Source of the DNA: Saprolegnia diclina VS20
Lineage: Eukaryota
Direction of reading: 5' to 3'
Assembly: GCF_000281045.1 (NCBI RefSeq)
Contig: NW_008246085.1
Location: forward strand, 311,749-375,748
Length of the DNA stretch: 64,000 nucleotides
The first letter of the stretch is position 1. The number at the start of each line of letters is the position of its first letter. Below the pieces are notes generated by a model. The model was not told the DNA's origin. It did not search any database and worked only from the letters and a program-made list of their open reading frames with translations. Below, piece by piece: positions 47,701 to 60,319 of this stretch. The position numbers and the translations under genes were made by a program.

Positions 47701-50561
47701 GTGGCCGACGTGGCGTCGGACGGTCGCGATGACGGCATCGGCGTCGGTCGTCGCAAGCGACAGCGTGTAGCCGGCACCATACTTGTTCTTGAGAAAGAGC
47801 GACGACCCGACGCATTGGAGCTCGCCGTTGGCCATGATGGCAATGCGGTCGCCGAGAATGTCGGCTTCGTCCATCGAGTGCGTCGTCAAGACAATGATGC
47901 GGTGCAGGCGATGACTCGACATAATGTCCCTAGCGCATCCTCTCAGCATCATTTGTGTACAGTGAAAGCTCTTACCAGCTGAGACGACGGCTGTACGGGT
48001 CCATACCCGACGTAGGCTCGTCCAAAAAGACGATCTTGCTGTCGCCGAGAAATGCAATCGCGAGCGAGAGTTTGCGCTTCATCCCGCCCGAGAGCGCCTT
48101 TGCAATCGCATGTCGCTTCTCGTCGAGGCCCACCGCCACGAGTTTGGCGTCCACATCCTCGGGCGCGCAGCCTTTGATGGCCGCGTAAAACAGCATGTGC
48201 TCGAGCACTGTGAGGTCGTCGTAGAGCACATCGTGCTGGGGGCACATGCCAATCGAGTTACGGATCGACTGCATGTCGCGACGAAGCGAGAGGCCGCGCA
48301 GCATCGTCGCGTCGCCGGACGTCGGCGGCAGCATGCCGGTGAGCATCGACACGAGGGTTGTCTTACCCGCGCCATTGTGCCCCAGTAGACACGTAATCTG
48401 GTTCTTGTACAGCGTGAGGTTCATGCCTGCGATCGCCACCTTCGCGGTGCTATCGCCATCGGACGCCGGAAAGGCCTTGCGAAGCTGGCGAATCTCGAGT
48501 GCATCGCCGTCGTCCGCTTGCTGCTGAAGATCCAACGAGACATCTTCGACCGCGTCGGAAATGGGCGACGCATCGGCGAGAAGACTCTCTGCTTCGGACG
48601 ATCGCAGATCGCGACGTGAAAAGCACCACTGCAGCGGAAACGTCCAGTGCTCGGACACGCCGTACTCTTTTGGCAGCACCTTCTCCACGTACATTCCCAG
48701 CAGCGTGTACAGCACCGTATCGAGTACAAGGAAGAGCAGCACGGTTTGAAACGAGATGCTGCCAAACGCATGGTCCATCGTCGACCACGTGATGCCGCTG
48801 GACGTGGCCTCTGCCTGCACGAGGATGGAAAGGCCAAGCGACATAGCAGCGGGCGCGGCCACACACGCAGCCGTCTTGGCATTTGCACTCGCGTTGGCGA
48901 GCGCGTCGGCAATGAGGAAGAGCATGAAGAAGGCGAGGACGCCAACGTACGCACCTGTCTTGGCTTTTGAAAAGAAGGCGCTGAGGAGAAACCCGAATGC
49001 GACGACGGCAAGACCCGAGAGGAAGAAGAAGGCAAAGATGAGCACGGGCGATGCGTGCGAGAAGACGTGAAGACTGCTCGGGATCGTTTGGAGCGCCGCG
49101 AGCACGAAAAAGAGCAGACCGTACGTGAGAAACCAACTGGCAAAGATCGACATATCGCGCACGCCGAGGATCTTCATGAGCTCGCGCGCCTTGAGCTCCT
49201 TCTCCGAGACGAGGGCGACGATGAGCCCCGACACGATGTTGACGTACGACGCTGCAAACGCAAACGGCATGAACGGCGCAATGAGCGTGTAGAACGGCGA
49301 CGCCGTGTACGCAGCGATCGGAAACGCAAAGACGGCGCTACCGAAGTACGGCTGCGGTGCTTGCCGAAGCGGGCGAAGGAGCAGCGCTTGAGTGGCCGGT
49401 GGCAGCGACGAGAGAAGGTCGCTGCTCGAATCGACCGCATCGAGAAGGTCGGCATCGTGCTGCAATTGCACGGCGAAACGCGCATCGAGCGTAGCGTTTG
49501 GTGCGGCAACACTGGCGACGTTCGTGCAGCCGCCAGGTCCACGGCGATCCCATGACGGGAGACACGTCAAGAAGCGAGTGACGAGCGTCTGAAGCGCGAG
49601 GAAGCCGCTCTTCGTGTAGCTACGCCCTCCATGGCAAGAGACGCTAAACATGCGCAAACTACCTCTTGTACGTCGACGGGGTCATGGCTTTTCGGTGGGG
49701 ATCGACGACCAGCGTGCTAGTTTTCGGCCCGTTTGTCAGTGATGCGCTGAGCCGAATCGTGTACGAGACAGACGTCGCCGTGCCAATGACCTGCGTCGCC
49801 GGCGGGTCCTTGAACACGATCGCAGCATACACCTTGGGAGAGGACGCATTGAGTCCATACGATGGACCTACAGCACTGCATGAGCAAATCACACAGTAGG
49901 CAAGCAGGTCTGTACCGCTAACGTAGGCTTCGAGCGCTGACTCGTTGGAGAAGAAGGCGATCGAATCGCGCCAGCTTGGAAGCGACGCCTTCTCTGAGCT
50001 GTTTTTGGATAGCGGGACGCGCGGGTACCAGGCCGCGATGGCCGGCGCAAAGTACGCGCGCGTAAAGGCCGTGTCTGGCACCAGCGCGATCTTGTACGGG
50101 GAGACCTTGCCCCGGCACTCGACGGGGACTGCATACACCGAGGATGCGTCAAGGCTCACGTCGCCATGTCGCACCAACTTCGTGTAGCATGCATACGCGT
50201 CGTCCCGAGAGAGCTCGTGCATCTTGCGGCCTTCCATGTACGAGCGCGAGGCCATGCGCCGGAGGAGGCCCGAGAAGGTCGCTTCCGTCGCATAGAACTT
50301 GGCGTCTCGAGGGTTCTCGACGCGGTCGAAGAGCGGGAAGGTCGGCGCCGTGATGGGGCGCGGGGAGAAGACTGCGTCCATGTCATCAGACCAGCCGGCG
50401 GGGACGTCGATGTTGGCGGCCTGGTCCTTCAGGGAGCCGATGGCGTAGAGGAGGAGGACGGGGAAGAGGAGCTCGAACGCCAGCTTCCAGGGGTGCTTCC
50501 GCATGAGGAGGAGGTTCTTCCAGACCAGCGTCCGAACATGCGCCTGTCGTCTGCCTGCCAT
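44754..50561 (-). CDS. ABCA-subfamily full-length ABC transporter
   Basis: LVWKN start; NBD1 GHNGAGKT, LSGGMKRKL, LDEPTSGMDP; NBD2 NGAGKST, LSGGTKRKL, TTHSMEECEALC; C-terminal TTLEQIF. Several introns. Confidence 0.95.
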
Positions 50562-50808
50562 GGTCCTGACCAAGATGAGAATGATGTTGGACGATCTTTC
50601 AAAATGAAAACCTCAAATTCTTCCCTCAAAACGCAAAAATTGAGTTTCAGGTTTCGGGACCATCAACGATCCATCTCGTTCGCACTGACGAGCACTCGGC
50701 CCTTGGTACGATGTCAGCTCGCAGAAGCACGGTATGTCTCTGAAGAGAGGCTGGGTCGTCGACTGCCTGCTCGCTCTGCTCACTGCCCGTGGAAAGCCTT
50801 CTACCTGT

Positions 50809-50829
50809 GGCGTTAAACGGTTTAACGCC
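50809..50829. repeat. Perfect inverted repeat in the ABCA/NAR1 divergent promoter
   Basis: GGCGTTAAAC-G-GTTTAACGCC. Confidence 0.85.
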
Positions 50830-50955
50830 TGCGAATAGGTTTTACTCGATCATATGAATGGTCGTTGGCCAATCACGTCGCTTGGTCGCGATTGCCCAAC
50901 CAGCGCAGAATTCGGCCAGCGTGTTGACCCTTCCTTCTTCCTTTGCAGCTCGAGC

Positions 50956-52556
50956 ATGGTGCAGCGCATGTGCCTGATCCTGTTAGCTCATGCTCCAGTA
51001 GGCGTCTGTCTTCCTGGGCGATCTCAATGACTTTATCCAGCCGTCGCAAGCATGCGTGAATCCGCTCTTCCTCGCGGGCAAGCAAGCCGAGGAGAGCAAG
51101 GCCAAGGTCTCGCTCGACAGCGACATCTACAGCGGGATCCACCAAGTCGCGATTGAGCCCGACTTGATCAAGAGCTCGGCGGCCGACACGGCGATGGTCT
51201 CGCTCAACGACTGCCTCGCGTGCTCGGGCTGCGTGACCTCGGCGGAAACGATTCTCATCTCGCAGCAGAGCGCGCAAGAGTTCCGCGCCGCACTTGCGGC
51301 GCGCGCGCACGACAAGTTTGTCGTGACCATTTCGCCCCAAGCGCGCGCGTCCATCGCCGTGCGCTTCAACCTCAGTGCGCACGCGGCGCACCTCAAGCTC
51401 GTGACCTTCTTCCGCAGCCTCGGCGTCCATGTCGTCTTGGATACAATGGGCAGTGCCGACATTGCGCTCCTCGAAGCACGCGCCGAGTTTGTGACGCGCC
51501 TCCGCAACCAATCATCGGTACCGTGGAAGCGCCCGCCGTCGTCGCGCGCAGTCTCGTCGACCGAGACCGAGTACCTCGAGGCTGGCGCCGAGCCGCCGTC
51601 CCACGTCGCGCTGCCGATGCTCACGTCGGCGTGCCCGGGCTGGGTTTGCTACGCAGAAAAGTCCAACGCCAACGCGCTTCCGTACATTAGCACGACCAAG
51701 TCGCCGCAGCAGATTACGGGCACGCTCGTCAAGCGGCTCTTTTCCCAGCCAACCGACCGCGTCTACCACGCCACCGTCATGCCCTGCTACGACAAGAAGC
51801 TCGAAGCGTCGCGCAACGATTTTTTGGACGCGGCCACCGACACGCGCGACGTCGACTGCGTCCTCGCGGCGTCCGAGGTCCTCGACATGCTACTTGAGGC
51901 CAATGTCGACTTGGCGGCGCTTCCGGACGCGGTGCTGACGCCGGACGAGCGTCTCTGGAGTGGCGTCGAAGACACGCATCTCGTGGGCGCGACCGACGGC
52001 GAGATTGGCGCCGGCGGGTACCTCGAGCACATCTTTCGCTTCGCGGCCAAGGAGCTCTACAATGTCGATGTCGAGGGTCCGCTGTCGTATGTGCAGGGCC
52101 GCAACGCCGACTTTCGCGAAGTGTCGCTGGTTGTCGACGGCAGCGAAGTGCTCAAGTTTGCACTCGCGTACGGCTTTCGCAACATCCAAACCGTGCTCAT
52201 GAAGATCAAGCGCAACAAGTGCCCGTACCACTTTGTCGAGATCATGGCCTGCCCAGGTACTCTAGTCCTTGTTCGTATAATATCGACGCATGCTGTGCGC
52301 AGGCGGGTGTCTCAACGGCGGCGGCCAAGTCAAGCCCGAGTCGGCAGAAGCCAACAAAGCGCTGGTTGAGAAGGTGTATGCTACGTTCCGGGACCGGACG
52401 CTGCGCGCGCCGAGCGCGAACCCTGCGTGCGCGCACCTGTACGCAACGTACCTCGACGACACGCCGTTTGGGGAGAAGGCGCGGTCAGCCTTCCACACAC
52501 GGTACCACGCCGTGCCCAAGCTCGAGCTCGCCAATCCCTTTGGCATTAAATGGTAG
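50956..52556 (+). CDS. NAR1: Cytosolic Fe-S cluster assembly factor NAR1/NARFL (iron-only hydrogenase-like)
   Basis: DFIQPSQAC, SLNDCLACSGCVTSAE, TSACPGW, MPCYDKKLEASR, EIMACPGGCLNGGGQ, FHTRYH and terminal IKW. Introns 50959-51001 and 52257-52302. Confidence 0.93.
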
Positions 52557-52645
52557 ATTATATAGACCATTTGTGTATTTTGATAAGTCATGTTGTACAC
52601 GTGGACACGGAGGCAATTTGAATTCTTTATAGGGAGATGTACAGT

Positions 52646-53983
52646 CTACATGGTCTTTTCAGTCATGACCTTGAGGGCCTGCGTCGTGTCGACGGCGGCG
52701 TCGGTCGCGACCACAGGGCAGAAGAGGTGCGTGTCGTCCTGCTTGAGCGCCGCGTCCTTGTCCGCGCTCGCCCAGAGGTACTCGTGCAAACACACTTCCT
52801 TGAGCTGCGCACGGGTCGAGAGCACGAGCTCCTTGAGCTTGTCGGCAACCGGCAGTGGCCGGAACGTCTCGCCTTCATGGGTTGCCGCAGAGCTCTCGAG
52901 GAGCGCGTAGATCGAGCCGTCGGCTTGGCGCTCCGTCTCGGCCACGATTTCGTCGTCCTTGGTCCAGTTCTTACTGTGGAAGACCATGAGGCCGAGCACG
53001 GCGGGGAGGTACCAGAGCGAGCAGAAGAACACCTTGTTGGCGTTGGCCGTCGACGGGTTCTTGTAAAACTGGCGCGCGAGGTGCACCGCGTACGCGTTGA
53101 TGCCAAGGCCTTCGACAGCAAACATGTAACTCGTGGCGCCCGTTGCCGCAGCGGCCACCGGGATCGTCGATAGCGCAAGGGCGTAACGCATGATGACGCT
53201 GGCCGTGCGCGCGCCGGTCGGGTCGGCGCATGGGATCATCTTGTAGCCGCCACGCGCATAGTCGTGGCGAAGACGCCAGCTGAGCGCGAAGAAGTGCGGC
53301 ATCTGCCACATGAAGAGCGCCGACCCGGTCAAGAGCGCTTCCGGCGAGAGGACGAGGCCGTTGGCCGCCGCGACGCCCATGACCGGCGGGATCGCACCAA
53401 CGAGCGCGCCCACCCACGTGTTCCACTCGGACGTTTGCTTCATCGGCGTGTAGATGCACGAGTAGAGGCCAATGTTGAAGAGGCTCAAGCCCGCCGTCAC
53501 CGGGTTACAACCGGCAGCAAGGATCGCCGTGCTCGAGACCGCGGTCGCAGCCCCGAACGCAAGCGCATGGTTCTTGGTGATCGTGCCACGTACAAGCGGC
53601 CGCAACATCGTACGCTTCATGAGGCCATCCGTGCGGATCTCGTACGCCTGGTTGAACGTGTTGGCGCTCGCGGACGCCAAGGACGTGCCGACAGCCAGTG
53701 CTGCAAACGAGCCCCACGACACGGGTCCACCCATCATAAAGAAGCCCGCGCCCGCCGTCACGACCACGAGCGCGCTCAGGCGCGCCTTGGCCAGCTGGTT
53801 GTAGATGCCAATGCGCTCCGAGAGCGTGAGCGTCGTCGCGGCCGTCACCTGCGACGTCGTGGCCACCGACGAGAGCTGCGAGTCGGTCCGCGTCGAGAGC
53901 GAGAGGATGCGGAAGACGCGCGGCTGGCCATGGTGGCGCTGCAGGTGCGTCGCCACGAGATGGGTCCTCCGGAGCGCGAGCAT
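52646..53983 (-). CDS. COX10: Protoheme IX farnesyltransferase (heme O synthase), mitochondrial
   Basis: LAKARLSALVV, ANTFNQAYE..DGLMKRT..RPL, YTPMKQ..WNTWVGALVGAIPP, WQMPHF and DYARGGY. Confidence 0.95.
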   Translation of the reverse strand: MLALRRTHLVATHLQRHHGQPRVFRILSLSTRTDSQLSSVATTSQVTAATTLTLSERIGIYNQLAKARLSALVVVTAGAGFFMMGGPVSWGSFAALAVGTSLASASANTFNQAYEIRTDGLMKRTMLRPLVRGTITKNHALAFGAATAVSSTAILAAGCNPVTAGLSLFNIGLYSCIYTPMKQTSEWNTWVGALVGAIPPVMGVAAANGLVLSPEALLTGSALFMWQMPHFFALSWRLRHDYARGGYKMIPCADPTGARTASVIMRYALALSTIPVAAAATGATSYMFAVEGLGINAYAVHLARQFYKNPSTANANKVFFCSLWYLPAVLGLMVFHSKNWTKDDEIVAETERQADGSIYALLESSAATHEGETFRPLPVADKLKELVLSTRAQLKEVCLHEYLWASADKDAALKQDDTHLFCPVVATDAAVDTTQALKVMTEKTM

Positions 53984-54077
53984 GGGACGTCGGACGAGGC
54001 GCGAAATGAACGAGGGCGACGAAAGACCGGCGCCAGAAAACTTACACGATTGGTATACAGCTTGATTATGCCACCGG

Positions 54078-54087
54078 TATCCGGATA
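54078..54087. promoter_or_regulatory. TATCCGGATA palindrome upstream of COX10
   Basis: Exact 10-bp palindrome about 94 nt before the minus-strand ATG. Confidence 0.5.
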
Positions 54088-54646
54088 TTGCCTTTTCAGG
54101 CAAGGGCATATTATGCACCATACATTGTTCAAGAGAGAAGCTCGAGGAAGCCCCGACATACAAAACCCAAGAGACTGGAGCGGCCAGCCAATCCTTCCAA
54201 CCTCCCATAGTGCATATTGTCGACACCTAAATATCGATTAAGAGAGGTCTCTGTCGACGATTGCAAAGATACGCGAGTGGCGCAGCCAAGTGCAACGCAG
54301 CGGCCACGACGTGCTGACGCGCCTTGACAGCACGAGACACCTCTCTTGCAACTCGCTGCTGCGTACTAGTATCGAAGCAATAAGAATCAGGACAAGTTGG
54401 GCTAAGAGGCGCGATCTTGACGTGTATATCGAAGCCTGGGCCGGCCCACAGAGGCGACAAGAACACTGAGAGCCTGCGCATCGACCGGTACCATCAGGTC
54501 GGACTCGCGCTGACGTGGCATAAAATAATATATGGTGCCCACATACTGTACTCAAAGGCACTTCCGAAAGCGTTTTTAATTGTGGAAAGTGCAACATGGA
54601 ATCTTTGCCAAAGTGAGCGACGATGTCGGATGCGTGAATAAGTTAG

Positions 54647-57600
54647 TTATTGAACGACACACTTGCCTTTCTCCTTGCCTTTCTGGGTCGCAATGACCGT
54701 GTCCACCGCCACGACGAGCGGCTTTTCGTTCACCGAGTGGTGGCTTCTCGGCGGTGCAGACGGCACTTCGTTGAGAACGTGGACCTTGGCGGTGCTCTTG
54801 GCGACGACCGAGCCCCTCGGTTTGCTCTGAGATGCCTCTGGCACTCCACTAGGTGGCGGTGCGTCGTCCGCTACGGGCGCGGACACTTCGACCTCGGGTA
54901 CCGGTGCGGGCGCGGCGACTGGTGGTGGCTCTGGAGCGCAAGGCATTGGCTTCTCGATGTCTGACTCGGTACAGTCCATACTCGACTGCTCGGACGGCTC
55001 GACGGGTGAGCCTTCCATCGCTAAGTTGTCAAACGCACTGCTCGTGTCGTCCGTTGTCTCGATGGCAACGACCTTCTTCTTTCGCTTCCGGTGCCGGTGC
55101 TTGTGGCCGTCGTCCGACGCCAGTAGCTCGTCCTCGGTTTGGCAGCTCACACTTGTCAATTCAACGGTATTTTTCGATGTGTTTTGCATCGGCGCCGACT
55201 CAGACTCGTAGACGCGGGCGCCGAGCTGCTCTTTCATGTTGCGGTTTGTCTTTTGCAGCTGCGAGACGAGCTCGAGGAGCTGGTCTCGCTCGGCTTGGAC
55301 CGTCACAAGACTCGAGCGGAGGCCGTCGACTTCAATGTGGTGGTGCTCGAGCTCCATCGAGTTGTCGACGAGGAGTTTCTCCTGCATCTCCATGCGCATC
55401 TCCGCCGAGTGCAGCGAGTCTTGGAGCATCTCCACCGACTCGGCCACTGTTTCCTTCTTCCCACTCTTCTCCTCGAGCGACAGCACTTCGTGCGGCAGCG
55501 TCTTGAGCGAGCTGCTCGGTACGTTTCCAAACACGGATACCTCGACCGGCGTCGACTCGAGGTACGCCACAAGCTCGTCCGAAATTAGCGTCTCGAGGCA
55601 CTCGACAAAGTTGAGCTGCGGGTCCACGGACGGCGTCGCCGAGACCTCCGAGACATGGTTCGTCTCGTCATGAAACCACCTACGCCACGTCAGCACCACA
55701 TACAATGCCTTCTACTACTTGTAAGCGACAAAGACATCGCGGCAGAGCTTGCCGGGAATGCCCGCGAGCGACACGATGGTAAAGTGCACGCGAAGGTTCG
55801 TATCTACGACACAAATCACAAATCTGTCAGTATGGATCCGGCATAGTGTAAGATGAAGTACTCGGGAAGGACCGCAGTGTCGGCACCGGAATGAGCTCGC
55901 CGCCGGCAGCAATCAAGTTGCGTTGCTGCTCTTGCCACTATAGTCCACAGCACTCTCGTCACTGCAGCATCAAAGAAACCCCACCGCGTGGGTCAATATA
56001 GTTGGTGTGATCTCGACGAGCAGCTTCCCACACACGACACCGCGCGAGTCGAGAATCGGCAAGGTATCCGTAATCTACGCGCGAAGGTCAGCCGCACTGC
56101 GGTACAGAGGTTGTACCTTGAGTCCGTAGACAAGGCTGCTCAGAAAAATGTACGACCGGCCAATGAGCTGCGGACTCGGCGGCTCGTAAAACGGGTCGAT
56201 GCCGCCGTCTGGTACGTGGACGGCTTCCAGCATCCGGCCGCGCTCGATAAATACCTACATGTATTGTATCAAGTTGATTCAAAGTCGAGAGTTGCGTACT
56301 TGGTAGAGCTCGCGCATCTCGTAGATCATGTTGTTGAACTTTTCAATGTCCCAGAGCACGGTGCGGTACGTGCCGGCGTCCTGGAACGAAACTTGGATTT
56401 TGATTTCCGTACCAATCGTGTCGGCAAGCGCGACCGCGGTGCTGTGCAAGTCGGGCTTTGTGGGAAGCAATTTGACTGCAAACCCCACGTGCTTTTGGAG
56501 CTCGTCGCTGATCATGTTGGCTTCCTTTACGAGCGGGATCGTATGCAGCAGCTCTTGCGAGAGGAGCGCGCGCTCGGCCTGCTCGCGCTCCTTCTTTTCC
56601 GCGAGGAGCTTGGTCTCGAGCATTTGCAGCTGGAGGCTTTTTTCGAGCGCGCGCTGCTTCTCGACGAGCTCGAGCTGCTTCTTTTCGTAGGCGACTTCGG
56701 CTTTGGCCATTTCTTCGGCCAGTTTGGTCTCTTGTTCGGCGAGCTGCGTCGCGAGCTTCCTCTTATCAACGTTGCCGCCCTCCTCGGACTGCTGCAATTG
56801 GAGCTTCAAGTTCGCCTCCTGCAGCTTCATGTCGTCTTGCATCTGCTTGACGTGCGCGTCCCACTCGTCTTTTTGTGTTTGGACCTTGCGCTCGGCGGCC
56901 TCGCGCTCTTCGCGCATTCTAGAGCGTTTTCAGATTGAGATTAGAGCGTTTCAGATTGAGATTGAGATGCAACGTATCGCACCGCTCTTCCATCTCTTTG
57001 ATACGCGACTCCATTTCCGCGAGCTCCTTGTCAGTCTCGCCCTTGTCTTCTTTCAAATCCATTTGTTTGCAGTTGAGCTCCTTCATGGCAAACTGCCAGT
57101 CATAAATCGTCTCGTCGAGTGCGGGTTCGACACGCGCGCTTGGAATGACCACCTTATTGCGGCGTGTCAATACACATGACAACGCAGCCTTGTACGTACC
57201 CGAAGGACGTTGGCGTTGCCCAAGGTGACGCGGTCGTTGTGGGCGAACTCGCGGATGTCGCCGTCTTTGACTGGCTCGCCATTCACATAGACGTTCGCGC
57301 CTGGCTGTATTGAAATAGAGAGCGCAGTTTCGGAGCGCTCAATGACGCAGTGCTGCTTGAGGATGCCGAGACCGCCCAAAATGATCGATTGCGGCTCGTC
57401 GGCGTCGGTGCGCCCGACCTTGTTGGTCCCTACGCACATATAAGAACGTAGTAGGGAATCCCTCGTCTCGCGCGCACCCATTGTGATAAAGTAGAAGAGC
57501 TTTTCGCTCATTTGCTGGTCTTCGTTGAGGTTGATCAAGTGCGGCTCCTGCGTACATCCGTGTGCAATTGCCATATCATGTTGCGTACCGTCTTGGCCTT

Positions 57601-59546
57601 GGCTCGAATGTCGTTCACATTGGTCGCAAGCCCAATCGCTTTCAGCTGGTCCTCGCGTTTCTTGGCGAGCTCTTCCGTCTCCTTGAGCCGGTCGGTCCAG
57701 GACTTTTCGCTCTCTTTCAATAAGCGCTGGTTCTCCTCGAGCTGCTCGCGGATCGCAGCTAGCTCTTCCTCCTTTTGCAGCGCTTCGGCCGTCTTTTCTT
57801 CGCCGCCGCGCGAGTCGGGGCGGTGCGCCTCGTCCCGCGAGCCTACAAACATGTGACTCCAACGCGATTATAGCAAACGCACTCATGCGCGAGCCAGGGC
57901 GAGCGTCCAAACCGCCGTTCTCAATCATGGCCTTTCGAAGCTGCTCGAGCTCTTCCTTGAGCTACACACCCCTCAGTCTTTTCCATACGAGCCGAAACGT
58001 ACTTGGCGGATCAGGAGCTGGTTCGGGTCTTCGTTGACGACGGCTTGGTTCTTGATTTGCTTGGCGCGGTCCGCATACCGAAGGGTGCTCAGCGTTTCCT
58101 ACGGCGTGCCACTTAGGGCTAGGGTACGTGCCGCCTCGCAATACGGCGTAGTTGACGCTGGCGGGGCTGAGCGCGGCAATCATGATCGTCTTGGCGTTGC
58201 CGCCAAGCGAGTCTTTGAGCAAGTGCGTCTACACATATAGATATTATTGTTGCTTCGGGCATCCTCTTAATCACCAGCTTGGAGTTGCGGTAGGGCACGA
58301 GTATCTTTTTCTTGCCACTGGCATTGTCGGCAAGCGCCGAGATGCAGTTGCCAAGCGCCGACAGCGACTGCAACGGCGCGTCGCACATCGCCCACAAGTA
58401 GCTCGCACGTCGTACCTGGTTGATGGCTGCACCTTCTTTTAGACGCGCGCCAGTAGCACCCGTGCTTGCCGCGCGCTCGCTGCCAGCCAAGTCGATCAGA
58501 TTGATCCGACTCACCTAATAGCCATATCGTATCCTCGGATGGTTTTGGATAGGATACTACTTTGTCTGTCATTTTGTTGGTCGTTGGATCGACGCGACTC
58601 TGCGTCACGATGATCTGAAAGATCGTGTGCGCGCGCGAGCTCGTTGCGTTCATATTGGTCGACGCGGTCGTGCGCGCCATGATGCCAGCGTCCATGAGCT
58701 AAACAACATTGCGTCTGGTGTTGCAACCGAGGGTGTTGGGGCTACCGCGGTGATTTCTTCGTATGTTGAGACAGCGCTGCGCGTGAGGCCGTCGGCGTAC
58801 GGCCCTTGGCTCGGGTGGTCACGGACCTTGAGGTTGTCCGAGGACGGGTTGAAGAGGTCTAGAGCCGCAGTATCGTTAAAGCGGACCTTGCAATGAGATG
58901 CAGCACCTTTGACTTTTTCGTTGTAGATCTCCATCATGCTTGCTTCCACCTTACCAAAGAGACGTGAGTTGGAAAAGACGCCGTGACAACGTACTTTGTA
59001 AATGATCTCGGCCGCGTCGCTGGACATGATGCGCTCGAAGATGACTTGGGACGCGCGGGGAATGATGCCCTTGTCGTCGCCGTACCCCACCATCGAGAAG
59101 GACTTGCCGGCGCCTGTTTGGCCGTACGCAAAGAGGCTCACGTTGAAGCCTGTCCACGCGTGCTCAAGCACCTGATCAAATTTGTCATCTAAAGTCATTG
59201 GAGGACGGAGAACGCACCTTGATACCGAGGTCGTCCCAGACCACGTCCTGAGAAGCGTGCTGCGGGTCACCGGGTGGTGAGAACGAGTCGTAGCTAGTAA
59301 ACAGCAGCCTTTCACATCGCCTCTCGCTAGTCGAATGTACCTAAAGTCGAACGTGAACGACTTGTCGACGTTGGTCTCGGGGTCGGTGATGATCGTCTGC
59401 TGCGTCTCCTTGACCATACCTACTACATGCTTCGAGGCCTAGACATACGATGGATGCAGTGTACGTATGCAGGACGTGCTGTTCATGCCCCGCTCGCGCT
59501 CATTGAAGGGCCGGACGCGCACCGCGACCTGGACGTTGTCGCCCAT
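54647..59546 (-). CDS. Kinesin-3 family motor (KIF28/KIF1-like) with FHA domain, coiled coil and C-terminal CaaX
   Basis: [61 protein letters not shown] region; ends [11 protein letters not shown]. Many introns. Confidence 0.9.
56920..56962. repeat. Tandem 21-22 bp duplication inside a kinesin intron
   Basis: tagagcgttttcagattgagat followed by tagagcgtttcagattgagat. Confidence 0.9.
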
Positions 59547-60319
59547 GATGTGAAAACCGCCACGAAGTTTTAACGGGTCCGACCTTTCTCAACCGTTTCC
59601 GACGTGGCAATGTCGGGCAACAGAGCGATTCGGAGAAGCCATGCAAAACGACCGCTCCGCGTGCCACGTATAGACCGCGATGCGACAACACGCAAAAATG
59701 GCAGCCAATTTTGCGGCTTTGGATCGACGAAGGTGGCGGGAACGTTCGTGCAAGTCGATGCGATACTACGACGAGACACCGCGCGCAGTACTACTGCCGA
59801 CGCGCGCCACGACACGTTTGGAGAAGTGTGTATAGAAGCAAAGAGTAGTAGCTGAACGTTTGGATTCAAGTAGCCGCCGTCATTGCCTGCAAGGCTCGCC
59901 GATCCCCCGCACTCGAATCAGGACCCGCGACAACAGACTGGCACGAGCAGCCTGCAGCGTACATACGTACAGTACTCGGCGCGTAGCCACCACAAGCGCG
60001 ACCGAGGAGCGAGGACCGAGAAGGAAATCGCCGGCGCTGGCATGGCCGCCCATGCCGCCCATGCGCGTACCGGGGTTTGGTTGTTGCGCCGTCGCTGTCG
60101 CCATGAAGCTACTCGCGTGTATTTTTGAAAACCGCGTGGATTGCCCATCACACTCGCGAAAAGCTGGTCGTTGGTTGCTGCTGTTGGATGACTTTTGCGT
60201 GGTGGCGTCATGGACTGGAAGATGCAAGGCAGGGGAAAGGGCGGTTGAAGCCTGTCTCGATCTTCTTCGTCGTTGTTGGCAGTGACTTTGCATTCGACTC
60301 CGTGTCGCACAGATATACG

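Noticed and set aside
51056..52369. Possible [FeFe]-hydrogenase implying anaerobic metabolism
   Set aside because: The CLACSGC motif, TSACPGW and terminal Trp match Nar1/NARFL of the cytosolic Fe-S assembly pathway, not an active hydrogenase.
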